Of a stretch of DNA of 64,000 bases, positions 48,501 to 61,512 are shown piece after piece; within the stretch, counting starts at the first letter, position 1; every line of letters begins with the position of its first letter. This DNA comes from Squalus acanthias (taxonomy: Eukaryota): positions 62,622,001 through 62,686,000 of the forward strand of contig CM059438.1 in assembly GCA_030390025.1 (NCBI GenBank), read 5' to 3'. The translations under genes and the position numbers were made by a program. The notes beneath the pieces are model-generated. The model was given only the letters and a program-made list of their open reading frames with translations. It was not told the DNA's origin and searched no databases.

Positions 48501-49469
48501 AGGATCCTAGTCAGGGAAGTGTTCTCACGGTAGGGACTACCACAGTATGTGGAGTCCGACCAGGGGAGTCATTTTACTGGGCAGGTTATGCAAGAGACCC
48601 TCAGGGTGCTCGGCATAGAGGGGATATGGCACGTAGCCCACAACCCGCAGTCATCGGGTCCTGTGGAGCGTTTAAACCGTACCATTAAGGAAAGGCTAAG
48701 GAAGGAAACGGGAGACTCACCCAAAAGGTGGGTAGAACTCTTACCGTTGGTCCTAATGGGGATCCGAGCCAGCCAGTCAAAAAGCACGGTGTATTCCCCA
48801 CACGAACTCATGACTGGCAGGGTTATGCGGACCCCCACCCATGTGCTAGCCCCGGTGCTCACGGAAGGGCAGCTCAGAGAGGTGAACCGGGACAGATTCG
48901 TCAGGAATCTGTTGGACCACCTTAAACAGGTCCACTGGCAGGCTGCGAGCAACATGGGTAAACAGCATCGGAGTAACCGATTGCTGCTGAAACCCCGCAA
49001 GCACCACGAGTGGGAGATAGGGGATCAGGTCATGGTTAGAAATTTTGCCCGGGTGGGGAGTTTCGAACCACTGTACATGGGGCCCTACCACATTGTGGAC
49101 AAGGCAAGCCCCATGGTCTATGCCATAAAGATGCCCCGCCGTACAAAGTGGTTTCACATCAACCAATGCAAACTGTTTAAACCCGAGAAAAGGGAACAGC
49201 CGGCAAAGGTGGACCGCCCCAAAGTTAGAAATCCCCAGCCAGCAGCTGTGGCAGACGCACAGGCTGCAGCGGTGGGGACAGTGGCTTGTATCACAGGAGG
49301 GTACACTCCACCGATTATGTGGGACTCAGGCACACCCCCAGTGGCCAGAGTCCTGAGAAGGTCTCCTCGCACACCACAGCCTAAACTGCCCTGGTCACCG
49401 GTACATCAGTGGGTCAGCCCAAGAGGGGCTGCAACCAAAAAGGAGCGCCCAAGGCCAGGGAGCGTTTAA
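45521..49469 (+). pseudogene. pol: pol: protease, RT, degenerate RNase H tether, RNase HI, integrase
   Basis: LLDTGAS; LPQGFHNSP and YVDD; YVDGS...DS...KVKAH...ADELAK; HHCC; VDYIGP, SDQGSHF, VERLN. 46119-49469 is one frame with three stops. Confidence 0.92.
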
Positions 49470-50285
49470 AGGTTAGGGATCCCCAGCCTGCAGCCTCAGG
49501 CTGCGAGGAACCCACAGGACAGGACAGGGACTCAGCAGCCACACCAAAGGGGGCAGTGTGCTGTAGCACAGGAGGGGACACTCCCGGGATTGTCAGGGAT
49601 TCAGGGAAACCCTCAGTTGTTTTAAGAAGGACTCTCAGGGTCCTGCGGTACAGGCCACCTTACCGACTGCTCAGAAGCTGCCCAAGGCAGAGGCCATGCA
49701 GGGATTGACCTGGCCGTCCGGAGACAGGCGGTGAATGTATAGAGTTTTAGTGTATTTTAGGTGTGTTTTACAGTTTTGGTAGTTTTAGGATTTTAGGAAT
49801 TCTAGTTTTAAGGATTTTAGTAAGTAAGTTTAAAGTTTTCGAGACTCGATCACCTGTCAAGCCAGAGAACCTTCTCGGGACATGGCTATCTGTTTTGTGT
49901 GTCCCTACAGAGAGGAAATCGGCATGCCGATCCCGACATGAGAAAGCATGGGACCAGCATTACAATAAAGCCTATGGCCAGGTTTAGGGCGAGCCTTAAT
50001 TGTTTTTATTAAAATGAATAAAGTTTGTGATCGTGTGTTATTTCTTTCCATGTATGTATTTTTGTTTTTTTTCCAAGTGGTGTAGGGGTGTTGGACCCCC
50101 TCCGTGCTTGGATGTGTATGTATTATTGATTCTTACCTGTATATATTGAAACACTACACCAAAAAGGGGAATGTGTGTTTTTGGGTTTTAGTTTAGGTAA
50201 TACAGGGGAAGGTTGGCTTTTGAGGATCAGGAATTTTGTCCACCCACAACGATACTGTAGTGAATTAAAGTATCGCAGGAGGGAC

Positions 50286-52918
50286 TGTAAGGTTTCCAAA
50301 ATTTGCAGATCCCCAAAACCTAAGGAAAAAGGACTTTGGAACTACCCCAGAGTGATAAAAATGCATTTGGGCCTAACATAAGGAATTTTTATTGCTTAAG
50401 ATAAAAAATCACGGGATTGGGGGTAATATTCTGGCATGGATAGAGGATTGGCTATCTAACAGAAGGCAGAGAGTTGGGATAAATGGTTCATTCTCAGACT
50501 GGCAATCAGTAACTAGTGGTGTTCCGCAGGGGTCAGTGCTGGGTCCCCAACTCTTTACAATCTATATTAACGATTTGGAGGAGGGGACCGAGTGTAACAT
50601 ATCAAAGTTTGCAGATGATACTAAGATGGGAGGGAAAGTAGTGAGTGAGGAGGACATAAAAAATCTGCAAGGGGACATAGACAGGCTAAATAAGTGGGCA
50701 GAGATTTGGCAGATGGAATACAATACTGGAAAGTGTGAGGTTATGCACTTTGGCAGGAAAAATAGTAGAGCAAGTTATTATCTTAATGGCAAGAAACTGG
50801 AAAGTACTGAAGTACAAAGGGATCTGGGGGTCCTGGTGCATGAAACTCAAAAGGTTAGTATGCAGGTGCAGCAAGTGATTAAGAAGGCCAATGGAATGTT
50901 GGCTTTCATTGCTAGGGGGATAGAATATAAAAATAGGGAGGTATTGCTTCAGTTGTACAAGGTATTGGTGAGACCGCACCTGGAATACTGCATACAGTTT
51001 TGGTGTCCATACTTAAGAAAATACATACTCGCTCTCGAGTCAGTACAAAGAAGGTTCACTCGGTTAATCCCGGGGATGAGGGGATGGACATATGAGGAGA
51101 GGTTGGGTAGATTGGGACTCTACTCATTGGAGTTCAGAAGAATGAGAGGCGATCTTATTGAAACATATAAGATTGTGAAGGGGTTGGATCGGGTGGATGC
51201 GGGGAGGATGTTCCCGATGATGGGTGAAACTAGAACTAGGGGGCATAGTCTTAGAATAAGGGGCTGCTCTTTCAAAACTGAGATGAGAAGGAACTACTTC
51301 ACTCAGAGGGTGGTAGGTCCATGGAATATGCTGCCCCAAAAAGCTGTAGAAGCTACATCATTACATAAATTTAAAACAGAAATAGACAGTTTCCTAGAAG
51401 TAAAGGGAATTAAGGGTTACAGGGAGCGGGCAGGAATTTGGACATGAGTCTAGGTTCGGATCAGTCATGGCCCTGTGGGTAGCATAGCGGGCCCAGGGGC
51501 CGTGTAGCCTGATCCTGCTCCTATTTCGTGTGTCCAATTCTGTTAGCTTCCGGAGATGGTTCTGTGATAGTAGATTGGCGGTTAGGATCAGATCAGCCAT
51601 GATCTTATTGAATGGCGGAGCAGGCTCGAGGGGCCAATTGGCCTACTCCTGCTCCTTTTTCTTATGTTCTTATGTTCTTATGTTAAGACCAAAAACCAAG
51701 TTTTGGCATTTTAAAAACATGTCTGGGCCTGTAAAGGGAGAAAAGGCTGCGAAGGAAGTTGGGTTCGACCTCTGTAAAAGCAGTTTTTGGGTATTGCAGT
51801 TAATTGCAATGTCTGGGGAACCGGGATGACCTCACTCAAAGCCCCAGCAAGCATTAACATTTTGACAATAGACCCTAGGAGAAGACAGTCCCACCCAAAA
51901 CAACAGGTCCCATCAAAACCGTTTACAGAACCCATTAAAGACATGCAGAAAGCAAATATTCTATAGAAGTCCTAGGCCCAGTCAAGAAACCCAAAACATG
52001 AGGACAATTCAAACTCCGATTAAACAACAGATCGACAGGATGGAGCTATCCTGAAACCACTTCACACATTTACAAAACCAGTTAACACGCTAGTAAAGTC
52101 GTTACTGTTAACGAGGTCTTACAATGACCGGGATTTGATTTGGGGTAGATAAGGCCACTTCAATTGGGTATAAGTAAAGGCCCGTTCTCAACAGTTCTCC
52201 AGTTCAGCAGTTACAACAGTTACAAGTTCGAGTTCTCCAGTAACAACAGTTACAAGTTCAACAGAAGGCAGTTCTGTAGTTTCGAGTTCAATTTGAAAGC
52301 CTGTTTTCAGCAGAAGTGAGTGCTGGAATTACAGAGTTCAGGAGAAGCAAAGAGAAGGCAGTTTCCACAGTTCTGCAAGAAGGCAGTTCCACAGCTCGGA
52401 AGAAGACAGTTTAAACAGAGACAGAGTTCAACAGAAAGAAGTTCAACAAAGAAGGCCAACAGCTCCAGAAGCAGGCTGACACGCAAGAAGAGACCAGAGC
52501 GACCGCCTCAGTGACCATCGGACATCTCGCGGCAACAAGGGCCTTACGAAACTTTTTACTCAAAAGACTCTAAACCCTAACTCTCAACTATCAAGGATTT
52601 GTTTGGTGAGCATTATCCCTGGTTCTCCAGAGCCCAACCTAGCTAGAGAAGTGGGATTGGGAGGGGTGAAGTATTCTCTAATGTTATTTCCCTCGCTTGT
52701 ACCGAAGTGTTCCCCACCTTTAGAGTGTTAAGAGTGTTTGTGTTGTGTTTTACTTTCTTGAATAAGGATCGAAGTTCTTTTCATCAAACCCAGTTGTCTG
52801 CTGCACTTTTCATCACAACCCCCAAATAAGTCCAGGGTCTAGAACCAAGGGAGTGGGAGCGATTCAAACCGCTCAAGAAGTCAGAGGTGAAGCTGACACA
52901 AAAACACCACCCCCTATA
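50286..52918 (+). repeat. 3' LTR interrupted by a CR1 (50389-51684)
   Basis: Matches the 5' LTR on both sides of the insertion; terminal CA has become TA. Confidence 0.92.
50389..51684 (+). mobile_element. Young CR1 3' fragment with an uninterrupted 351-aa frame
   Basis: ORF 50392-51447; close to 11117-12410 (reverse complement); doubled 3' module. Confidence 0.95.
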
Positions 52919-53254
52919 TCCCTTTTAACTAATTTCTGCATTTTCTTATATTCCTCCCAGTGAACCCCTTCCCCTTTCTCTCTACAGGATTCCTAGAAGC
53001 TACTTCTCCTTTTTTTAATATCTATTTTAATTTGTCTGTTAATACATCTTTGGTCACATTTGTTTAGTTTGATCTTATTGGTTTTCGGTATGTATTTATG
53101 CTGTACTTCCAGCATTATACCTTTAAAGGTGTTCCACTTCATGTCACTTCTTTGAGCAGTGTCCTTCTTATGGTGGCCTGGGGTTTGTAGCATACCCCTA
53201 GTGTCAACTTGGATGTTTTCACATTAGAAATGTCTACACAGAATAGTTCATTTT

Positions 53255-53810
53255 GTAACTGTGTGCAGTTTTGGTCGCTTTATCTGAGAAAGGATGTTCT
53301 TGCCATGGAAGGAGTTCAGCGAAGATTCACAAGGCTGATACCTGGGATGGCAGGAATGACATATGAGGAGAGATTGGGTCGATTGGGCTTATACTCGCTG
53401 GAGTATAGAAGAATGAGAGGGGATCTCATCGAAACATATAAAATTCTGACAGGTCTGGACAAACTAGATGCAGGAAGAATGTTCCCGATGGTCGGAGAGT
53501 CCAGAACCAGGGGTCATAATCTAAGGATAAGGGGTAAGCCATTTAGGACAGAAATGAGGAAGAATTTCTTCACCCAGAGAGTGGTGAACCTGTGGAATTC
53601 TCTACCCCAGAAGGTAGTTGAGGCCAAGTCATTAAATATATTCAAGAATGAGTTAGATATATTTCTTAAAGCTAAAGGTATCAAGGGATATGGGGAGAAG
53701 GCAAGTACAGGGTACTGAGTTTGGATGATCAGCCATGATCTCATCGAATGGCGGTGCAGGCTCGAGGGGCTGAATGGCCTACTCCTGCTCCTATCTTCTA
53801 TGTTTCTATG
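53255..53810 (+). mobile_element. CR1 3' fragment
   Basis: CVQFWSLYLRKD...KGYGEK; same subfamily as 40971-41555. Confidence 0.9.
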
Positions 53811-54294
53811 TAAGTTCCTGCACCTCCCTCTCGAAGGCCACAACCCTATCTATACGCTTATTGCTCAGTCGACAATTTACACATCTTTTAGCCCACCTAT
53901 TAAACACGATTCTTTCTTCTGCAAACAGCAAACACACCTCATGACTTCAATCTTACTTTTGCTTCTCTCATTTATGCATTTTTACAAATGTTTCCCAATT
54001 TTACCTGGAGGCAAATTTATTATTTTTCTCTCCTCTTCCTCGGGCTCCCGGTCAAAATGGACGGGCAGGAGGCCTGATTTCAGACTTCCATCAGTGTTGC
54101 TTTCTAACTGTTGGCGCTCAGAGGCTTGTGAAGTGCAGCTGGTCCAGGGGTAAATAACGCAGGCTGCAATGCTCGTTTGATAAATCCTAGAAGTCTGTAG
54201 TTTGCACAGATGGATGGCAAACACCCAATTCACAGCACCAAATGGGAACTGGTATAATTACCAATCTGGCTATGTTGGCAAATTCTAATTCTAA

Positions 54295-54652
54295 GGGCAA
54301 CACGGTGGCATAGTGGTTAGCACTGGTGCCTCACAGCGCCAGGGACCCGGGTTCGAATCTGGCCTCGGGTGACTGTCTGTGTGGAGTTTGCACATTCTCC
54401 CCGTGTCTGCGTGGGTTTCCTCCGGGTGCTCCGGTTTCCTCCCACAGTCCAAAAATGTGCGGGTTAGGTTGATTTGGCTATGATAAATTGACCCTTAGTG
54501 TTAGGGGGGGATTAAATATGTGGGGTTACGGGGATAGGATGGGATATGTTAGGGGGAATTAAATACGTGGGGTTACGGGGATAGGGTGGGATATGTGTCG
54601 GTGCAGGCTCGATGGGCCGAGATGGCCTCTATCTGTACTGTGGGGATTCTGT
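54295..54652 (+). mobile_element. HE1/V-SINE, followed by a CR1 3' end (54653-54767)
   Basis: A box TGGCATAGTGG, B box GGTTCGAATC, V domain TGTGTGGAGTTTGCACATTCTCCCCGTGTCTGCGTGGGTTTCCTCCGGG, CR1-like tail with an internal ~45-bp duplication. Confidence 0.88.
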
Positions 54653-54879
54653 GTGAGAAAGCAGGGACAGGGTACTGGATTTGGATGATCAGCCATGATC
54701 GTATTGAATGGTGGAGCAGGCTCGACGGGCCAAATGGCCTACTCCTGCTCCTAGTTTCTATGTTTCTAATAGTGGGCAGAAACTACCACACCTTCCCGCT
54801 ATTTGAAAGGAGTACTGATGGTGAGACTTCCCCGTTAAGTAGAAAGATCATACACAGGAGACAGGAGTCCAACTGTGAA

Positions 54880-55351
54880 AGAAAAAAAAGACTTGCATTT
54901 CTATAGCACCTTTCACAACCACCGGACGTCTCAAAGCGCTTCACAGCCAATGAAGTAGTTTTTGGAGTCCAGGCACTGTTGTAATGTGGGAAACACGGCA
55001 GCCAATTTGCGCACAGCAAGCTCCCACAAACAGCAATGTGATAATGACCAGATAATCTGTTTTTGTTATGTTGATTGAGAGATAAATATTGGCCAGGACA
55101 CCAGGGATAACTCCCCTGCTCTTCCATCGAAATAGTGCCATGGGATTTTTACATCCACCTGAGAGAGCAGACAGGGCCTTGGTTTAACATCTCATCCGAA
55201 AGACGGCACCTCCGACAGTGCAGCCCTCCCTCAGCACTGCACTGGAGTGTCAGCCTAGATTTATGTGCTCAAGTCCCTGGAATGGGATTATGAACCCACA
55301 ACCTTCTGACTCAATAGGCAAGAGTGCTGCCCACTGAGCCACAGCTGACAC
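54880..55351 (-). mobile_element. Full-length DeuSINE (SacSINE1-like)
   Basis: Complete head, Deu core and tail. Confidence 0.85.
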
Positions 55352-56443
55352 AAGCTTCTGAAATTCAGGCTGCAGTCTGACTGATTAGGTTAAGGATGTG
55401 AACTGACAGTTCAAATGAGCAGAAATGTTTCTGATTTCTAAAATTACTCAAGAAATCTCAATTATTTTTAAGAAAACGCACGAATGGATAATATAAAATG
55501 AATGACATTTATAAGGTTAGTCATCATGTATTAGCTCAGAAGATCACAGTTACAGTCTTGCCTGCATTATGAGAACTTGACATACGGAAAATACAAGATT
55601 TAATTTTAATGGGATGTATGTTGTTAAAAATGGAAATGATTTTTCTATTGGACAATTTCCAGTATTATACAGTAGCGGTCAGTGTTGAGCAACATTTTAT
55701 TCTTCACAGACCGCAATCTAATGGGGGGAGATTTCTTCGATATATAATTTTATTTTAAAAAGTTTATACACTTTCCCTACATGCGAGTACATGCTACAGT
55801 GCACGTTTCACAATATTTGCTGGTAAATGAAGTGAGGATGATGCATTGTTATTCTGTTCCACACACTAGGATGAAGGGCGCTCAGTGACTGGGCTGGTTA
55901 GGTGAGGCAGCTGTTGTCCAGGTTCTGCAATAGCTTACAACAATAGGTCCTTGTGGTTACTGTCCTGGAATGCTGAATGGGCTTGTCGCTTCCTTGATCT
56001 TTCTTCTGCTTTCGTGCCCAAAATGGGAAGTCCGCCCAACCTTGTTTCACTTCGGAGCTTTGCACCCGTCAGTGTACATAAGAACATAAGAAAGATAAGT
56101 AATAGGAGCAGGAGTCGGCCATTTGGCCCCTCGAGCCTGCTCCGCCATTCAATATGATCATGGCTGATCTTCTACCTCAACTCCACCTTCCCGCACTATC
56201 CCCATATCCCTTGATTCCCCATAAGAACAGTAAGAGGACATGTTCATCTCATTAGTTTGGGTCAGATTCCCACCCAGGTCCAAAAGCAGTTTTCTACCCC
56301 ACTGAATGACCTTGCGTCAACCCAAGGGTTTAAGTCGATGTTAGACCAACACCGTGCCACGCTTAGACAAGAAAAATAGATTGCAGGCTGACATAGCGAC
56401 AATGGGACACTGGGCCCGTATCTGACATATGTCTTCTAATAAT

Positions 56444-57208
56444 GGCCCAGAAATTCGCCTCTCCGGCTTGCTGCGGGGGTAAGGATCGCGCGCGCTCTTA
56501 CCTACCGCGCCTGCCGTTGTGTTTTGGGCCCACGGGGACTTCAGCTCCTGGGCCTGCTCCAAGTGCCGGCGCGCAGTGCTTGTGTATCCCAGGGGCGCAG
56601 TTAGTGCGATGCGTCCCCTGGGATCACGTGGGCCATGGAGAGCCAATGGCAGCAGACCATCTTTCATTCATAGATTTGACAGGAGACCTGTCAAATCTGT
56701 GAATTGAAATCGGCCCCAAAAGAACAGCTAAACTTAAAATAAATTTTTTTAAAAACCCATCACATTTATAAAATAACTATAGTTAAATAAATTAACCACT
56801 TTAAACAAAAATTAAAATTTTTGAAAAAATTAAAATACTTTTTAAAAGTGATAAAAATAAACTTACCTTTCTTTAAAGTATCTAAAAAAGATAAACCTGT
56901 TGAAATTTTTTTTAAATTATACTTAATTAACCACTTACCTTGTTGAAAACGGGTCCTGCGCCTCCTTTTTAATAGCGTAGTTTCTTCAATACTTACCCTC
57001 GCGTAGAAACCTGAAAAAAAATCTAACTTTGCTGCGTGCACGCAGCCTCTACCGCGCACGCGGTTCACCTAGGAACCGCCCCCTTCACCATACCGGAAGT
57101 TCCAGTTTCCCACGCATGCGCAGTGCATGCAGGAAACTGGCACTTTGGGACGCATTACGGGTGAGTACGGACTGTGTACTCACCCGGGAAGGGCCGAATT
57201 TTTGGCCC
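56444..57208. mobile_element. Harbinger-type non-autonomous element (765 bp), 3-bp TSD AAT
   Basis: TIRs GGCCCAGAAATTCG / CGAATTTTTGGCCC; AAT at 56441-56443 and 57209-57211; GC-rich ends around an AT-rich core. Confidence 0.75.
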
Positions 57209-57229
57209 AATATAGATACAAGGTTGCAT

Positions 57230-57790
57230 GACCAAGGGTGCTGAGCAGAGAAAGACCTGGGTGTTATAGTGCATGAATTATTGAAGGTCCATGACCCGTG
57301 CCGCGAGGCTATTAGAAAAGAGAATGGAGTTAGGACGTACCGCCGGGCTGATTAAACATAAAATTAGAAGTATTATCCTCTCCCTGTACAAGGCCTTGAT
57401 TAGATTTCATTCATAATTGCTCTCCTCACATGGTGAGTGATATACAGGCCCGGGAAAAAGATACCGAGTTTAAAAATCCTCAGTTACCATGATAGGCTTA
57501 TAGGTCTGGGCTTTTTACTCTGGAAAAGAGTAGAATTTGAGATTTGGTTGAGGTCTTTGAAATAATGAAAGGATTAGACTCGGTCCACGTGGATGGGCAA
57601 TTTGAGCTAGAAAGGTTAGGGGAGGGGCCGGTAAAGTACAGAACTAGGGTCGATGTTAGATGTTAGATGTTTTCTCCAAGAGTCCTCAACCCTCTGTAAC
57701 AAGTTACCCAGCATGTGCAGTGAGTGCGGATTCACTGCAAGTCATCAAAAGGGAGCTGGATGAGTTCCTGAGTGCGGCCAACATCGAAGG
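57230..57790 (+). mobile_element. Very old CR1 3' fragment
   Basis: EKDLGVIV..., LYKALIR, IKRELDEFL remnants. Confidence 0.55.
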
Positions 57791-58329
57791 CAAGTGGGTA
57801 TTGGGGGATGTGTCTCCCTGTCACTGCGGTCTCCAGGAACCTGACTGGTCGCCTTCGAGGGTCAGAGAGAAATTTCCCACAGTTCTTTTCCTAAATTGGC
57901 CTATGGTTTTATTCCTCTATTTGTTTTTTCCTTCTCCCGGGAGATTGCGTGTCTGGTGTGTGGGGACACGGATGGGGGGTCAGTGGTGTGTAGAAGTCCT
58001 GCGTTCTTACATGTCTGTATAATTATGGAAGGGAGTGAGCACAAGGGTATAATCTGAGTGAGAGATTCAGATAGGGGCGGTGGGGTGGGGATGAAATTAG
58101 CCTGTTCCGTTTGGGGTTTCCGCTAAACTTCTGCCGAAGTGATGGCGGCTGAATAGGAAAAGCCCCAAGGAATTTCACCCCCACGGTGTCATAACCAGGA
58201 AGTAAAAAGCTCAGGGGGTTTGTACTGACAGCTAACCATTCGATTACATTGTTCATAACACTTTGTGTTGGATATTGCTATGATTGAGTTGTTCACAGGT
58301 TAATTACAGACAAAGATTTACAGTCCATT

Positions 58330-58735
58330 ACATAGGATTACACAGAATATACGGCACAGAAACAGGCCATTCGGCCCAACCAGTCCATGCTGGCGTTTAT
58401 GCTCCACTCGATCCTCCTCCCATCTTTCCTCATCTAACTCTATCAGCATAATCCTCTATTCCCTTCTCCCTCATATGCTTATCTAACCGCCCCTTAAATG
58501 CATCTATACTATTTGCCTTAACCACTCCCTGTGGTAGCGAGTTCCACATTCTCGCCACTCTCTGGGTAAAGAAGTTTCTTCTGGATTCCCTAATTGATTT
58601 TTTGGTGACTATCTTATATTGATGGCCTCTAGTTTTTCTCTTCTCCAGAAGTGGAAGCACTCTCTCTGTGTCCACTCTATCAAAACCTTTCATAATTTTA
58701 AAGACCTCTATTAGGTCACCCCTCAGCCTTCCAGC
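58330..58735 (-). mobile_element. CR1 3' fragment
   Basis: KTRGHQYK...FFTQRVARMWNSLP. Confidence 0.85.
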
Positions 58736-60159
58736 CTGTTCATCCTTTCATTAATTCATAATTTAAAATCACCCACTGGCAGCACAAGTTAGAAATTCTG
58801 GCCCATGAACTGCCAGTGGGTGATGCCTATGAGCTACCAACAAGTCAAAATTGCCACACAAAAAATAGCATCACAGTGCCAGCCTTTCAAGCACCAAATT
58901 GGAGCGGGGTGGGGGCAGATTTAATCTGAGATAATACATCTCTGCTACTTCACTGGCTCAATGCATCCTCCAATTATTCAGGAATAGAAAAGGTAAACTG
59001 GGTTTATGAGGAAGTGGATATTAAATACAAGGCATTTCACAGTTTGCACTTGAGGGCTCTCGTCAGTTGAAGCTTTAGTCTAATCAGGCTTTAATTAAGT
59101 CTTCAGAGAACATCTATTTAAATTTCTGCTGATTAATTAAACCTGAAGATTGAGGGCTGTTCAAAGGCTGATGTGGCTCAAAGGCTTTTACTGTTGTTCA
59201 TTTTGATTCTTCTTTCTTGATGGATTTTGTTTTTCACTTTACAAAAGTCGAAGATGAACATTTCAGTGAAAATACTGGATGACTCATTGCCTCTGATTGC
59301 CTTTAATCATTGAGCTATTATGCTATCTGACAATTTTAATATCTCTTCTCACCCAGCTAAACTCGGATTGCAGTAACAGTCAATTAAGGTACCTGCACAG
59401 TACCATCCTTTTAACTTACATTGCATGTTAATGAGTGAGATAACTGAATGTTTTTCAACATTGGGAGTAAAATGACATTATCTCCTTGTGTCTTTGTCAT
59501 TTTAATTTGGTAGTCTTTGGACCTGAAGGTTGGGATTGGTCATTATCATGGACCGCCTTGGCTATTGCTGATGGGAAGATGTCTAAATGACAAGTAGAGG
59601 GTGCGACTATGTCCCAGATCTCTGCTACAGGAGGCCAGCACTCAACAGCAAGCTGTTTCCATTTGTATTTAGGAGACTTTAACTGCAATACTTTATTGGT
59701 GAAGGTGGATATTAGCTGTGCGGTTGAGATAGTAATTAGGAGCTGGAAACATTGCCAATTTTTTCCTCTGTAATCTAGGACTGTTAATTTACCACCACCG
59801 CACCGAAGGTAAACTAATTTAGCACAATATTGTTCAGTTTTATAAGGCCTTTAACATAGAAAACATCGCAAGATGCTTTGCAGAGGGATAAAGAAACGAA
59901 CGCCAAACCTTAGTGAGAGAGTGCGGAGAAATGGTCGCTAGATCGGTGGAAGGTTTGGGTTTTGAGAAGGCTTTAAAAATGTAGAAAGACATAAGAGAGG
60001 CAGAGGAGTTTAGGAAGGCAGTTCTGATGAGTAGGAGCAAGATGGCTGAAGGTTCAGCACAGACTGGGATTAAACCTGGAATCTTCCTGGTCTGTACGGC
60101 TCAGTTCATCACTGGATACGTTAATTTGATTTGGAAGTGACTCTTTGCCCTCCATTTCA

Positions 60160-61145
60160 TCGAATGATACAGCGCAGAAGGAGGCCATTCAGCCCATCGT
60201 GCCTGTGCCGGCTCTTTGAAAGAGCGATCCAATTAGTCCCACTCCCTGCTCTTTCCCCATAGTCCTGCAAAATTGTTCCTTTTCAAGTATATATCCAGTT
60301 CCCTTTTGAAAATTACTATTGAATCAGGTTCCACCACCCTTTCAGGCAGTGCATTCCAGATCATAACAACCCACTGCGTAAAAAGATTTCTCCTCATCTC
60401 CCCTCTGGTTCTTTTGTCAATTACCTTTACATTTCTCAAATCCTGGATCTGCCAGTCTCTATATGTTATGCCGAAGGAGCAAATTCTGCCCAAGATACCA
60501 CAACAATAGTATATTTATATTTCCGTAAATACAATAATATTTTGAAATACATTTATCTAATCCTTCAGCGTCCATTATCAATGCACACTCCAAAATGGCC
60601 ACAATTAATAATGGGTTGATCACTGCAGTCTGTCTGCTACTAATTGGAGTTATGGCGCTTTTTCTGTTTAAAGTGAAAGGCTTCCTGTTTCCAAATAGTT
60701 GTTATCATAGAATCATAGAAATTTACAGCACAGAAGGAGGTCATTCGGCCCATCCTGTCTGCGCCGGTCGAAAAAGAGCTATCCAGCCTAATCCCACTTT
60801 CCAGCTCTTTGTCCGTAGCCTTGTAGGTTACAGCACTTCAAGTGTATATCCAAGTACTTTTTAATTGCGATAAGGATGTCTGCCTCTACCACCCTTTCAG
60901 GCAGTGAGTTCCAGACCCCCACCACCCTCTGGGTGAAAACATTTCTCCTCAAATCCCCTCTAATCCTTCTACTAATTACTTTAGATCTATACCTCCTGGT
61001 TATTGACCTCTCTGCTAAGGGAAATAGGTCCTTCCTGTCCACTCTATCTCAGCCCCTCATAATTTTATACACCTCAATTAAATCTCCCCTCAGCCTCCTC
61101 TGTTCCAAAGAAAACAACCTCAGCCTATCCAGTCTTTCCTCATAG
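60160..61145 (-). mobile_element. Two CR1 3' fragments (~60160-60425 and ~60705-61145)
   Basis: FTQWVVMIWNALPE and FTQRVVGVWNSLPE, each with a 3' hairpin tail. Confidence 0.82.
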
Positions 61146-61512
61146 TTGATAGCTTTCCAGCAAAATGGCAAGGTTACATTTCAGCCATACATCCCTGCAA
61201 TACTCAGAATCCATAACTAAACATCACAAGCCCCTTTGGTGATTTCCATGTGTTTGCATTCATCAAGTATTGTTCCAAAATAACTTGGTCAATGAGAAAG
61301 TAATTGCCACACAAAGCCGCATTGGAAAAACCATCTATTCTCTCAAAGGATGCTGTCTGTTCAAAAGTGGGCCCCAATTATTGTAGTGTTCATTTTAACG
61401 ATCAGTCAGAATGGCAGTAAATGGTTTTGATATAGGGTAAGTATTTGCTACGACAACTCAACGCAAAGTTGTATATATATAGAGAGAAAGAGAGTCCAAC
61501 ACACAAAGATAG

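Larger units (their letters stand above)
42385..52918 (+). mobile_element. Complete retrovirus-like LTR element (LTR-gag-pol-LTR, no env), decayed
   Basis: Two near-identical ~1.3-kb LTRs, PBS, short PPT AGGAGGGA (50277-50284), 4-bp TSD TCAC/TCCC with one mismatch. Confidence 0.93.

Noticed and set aside
40971..53810. Inverted CR1 pair flanking the LTR element as ends of a composite transposon
   Set aside because: The 5' truncation points differ and there is no shared TSD; these are independent copies of an abundant subfamily.
54295..54370. tRNA gene
   Set aside because: The A and B boxes run directly into the V domain, so it is a SINE head. The same applies to the DeuSINE heads.
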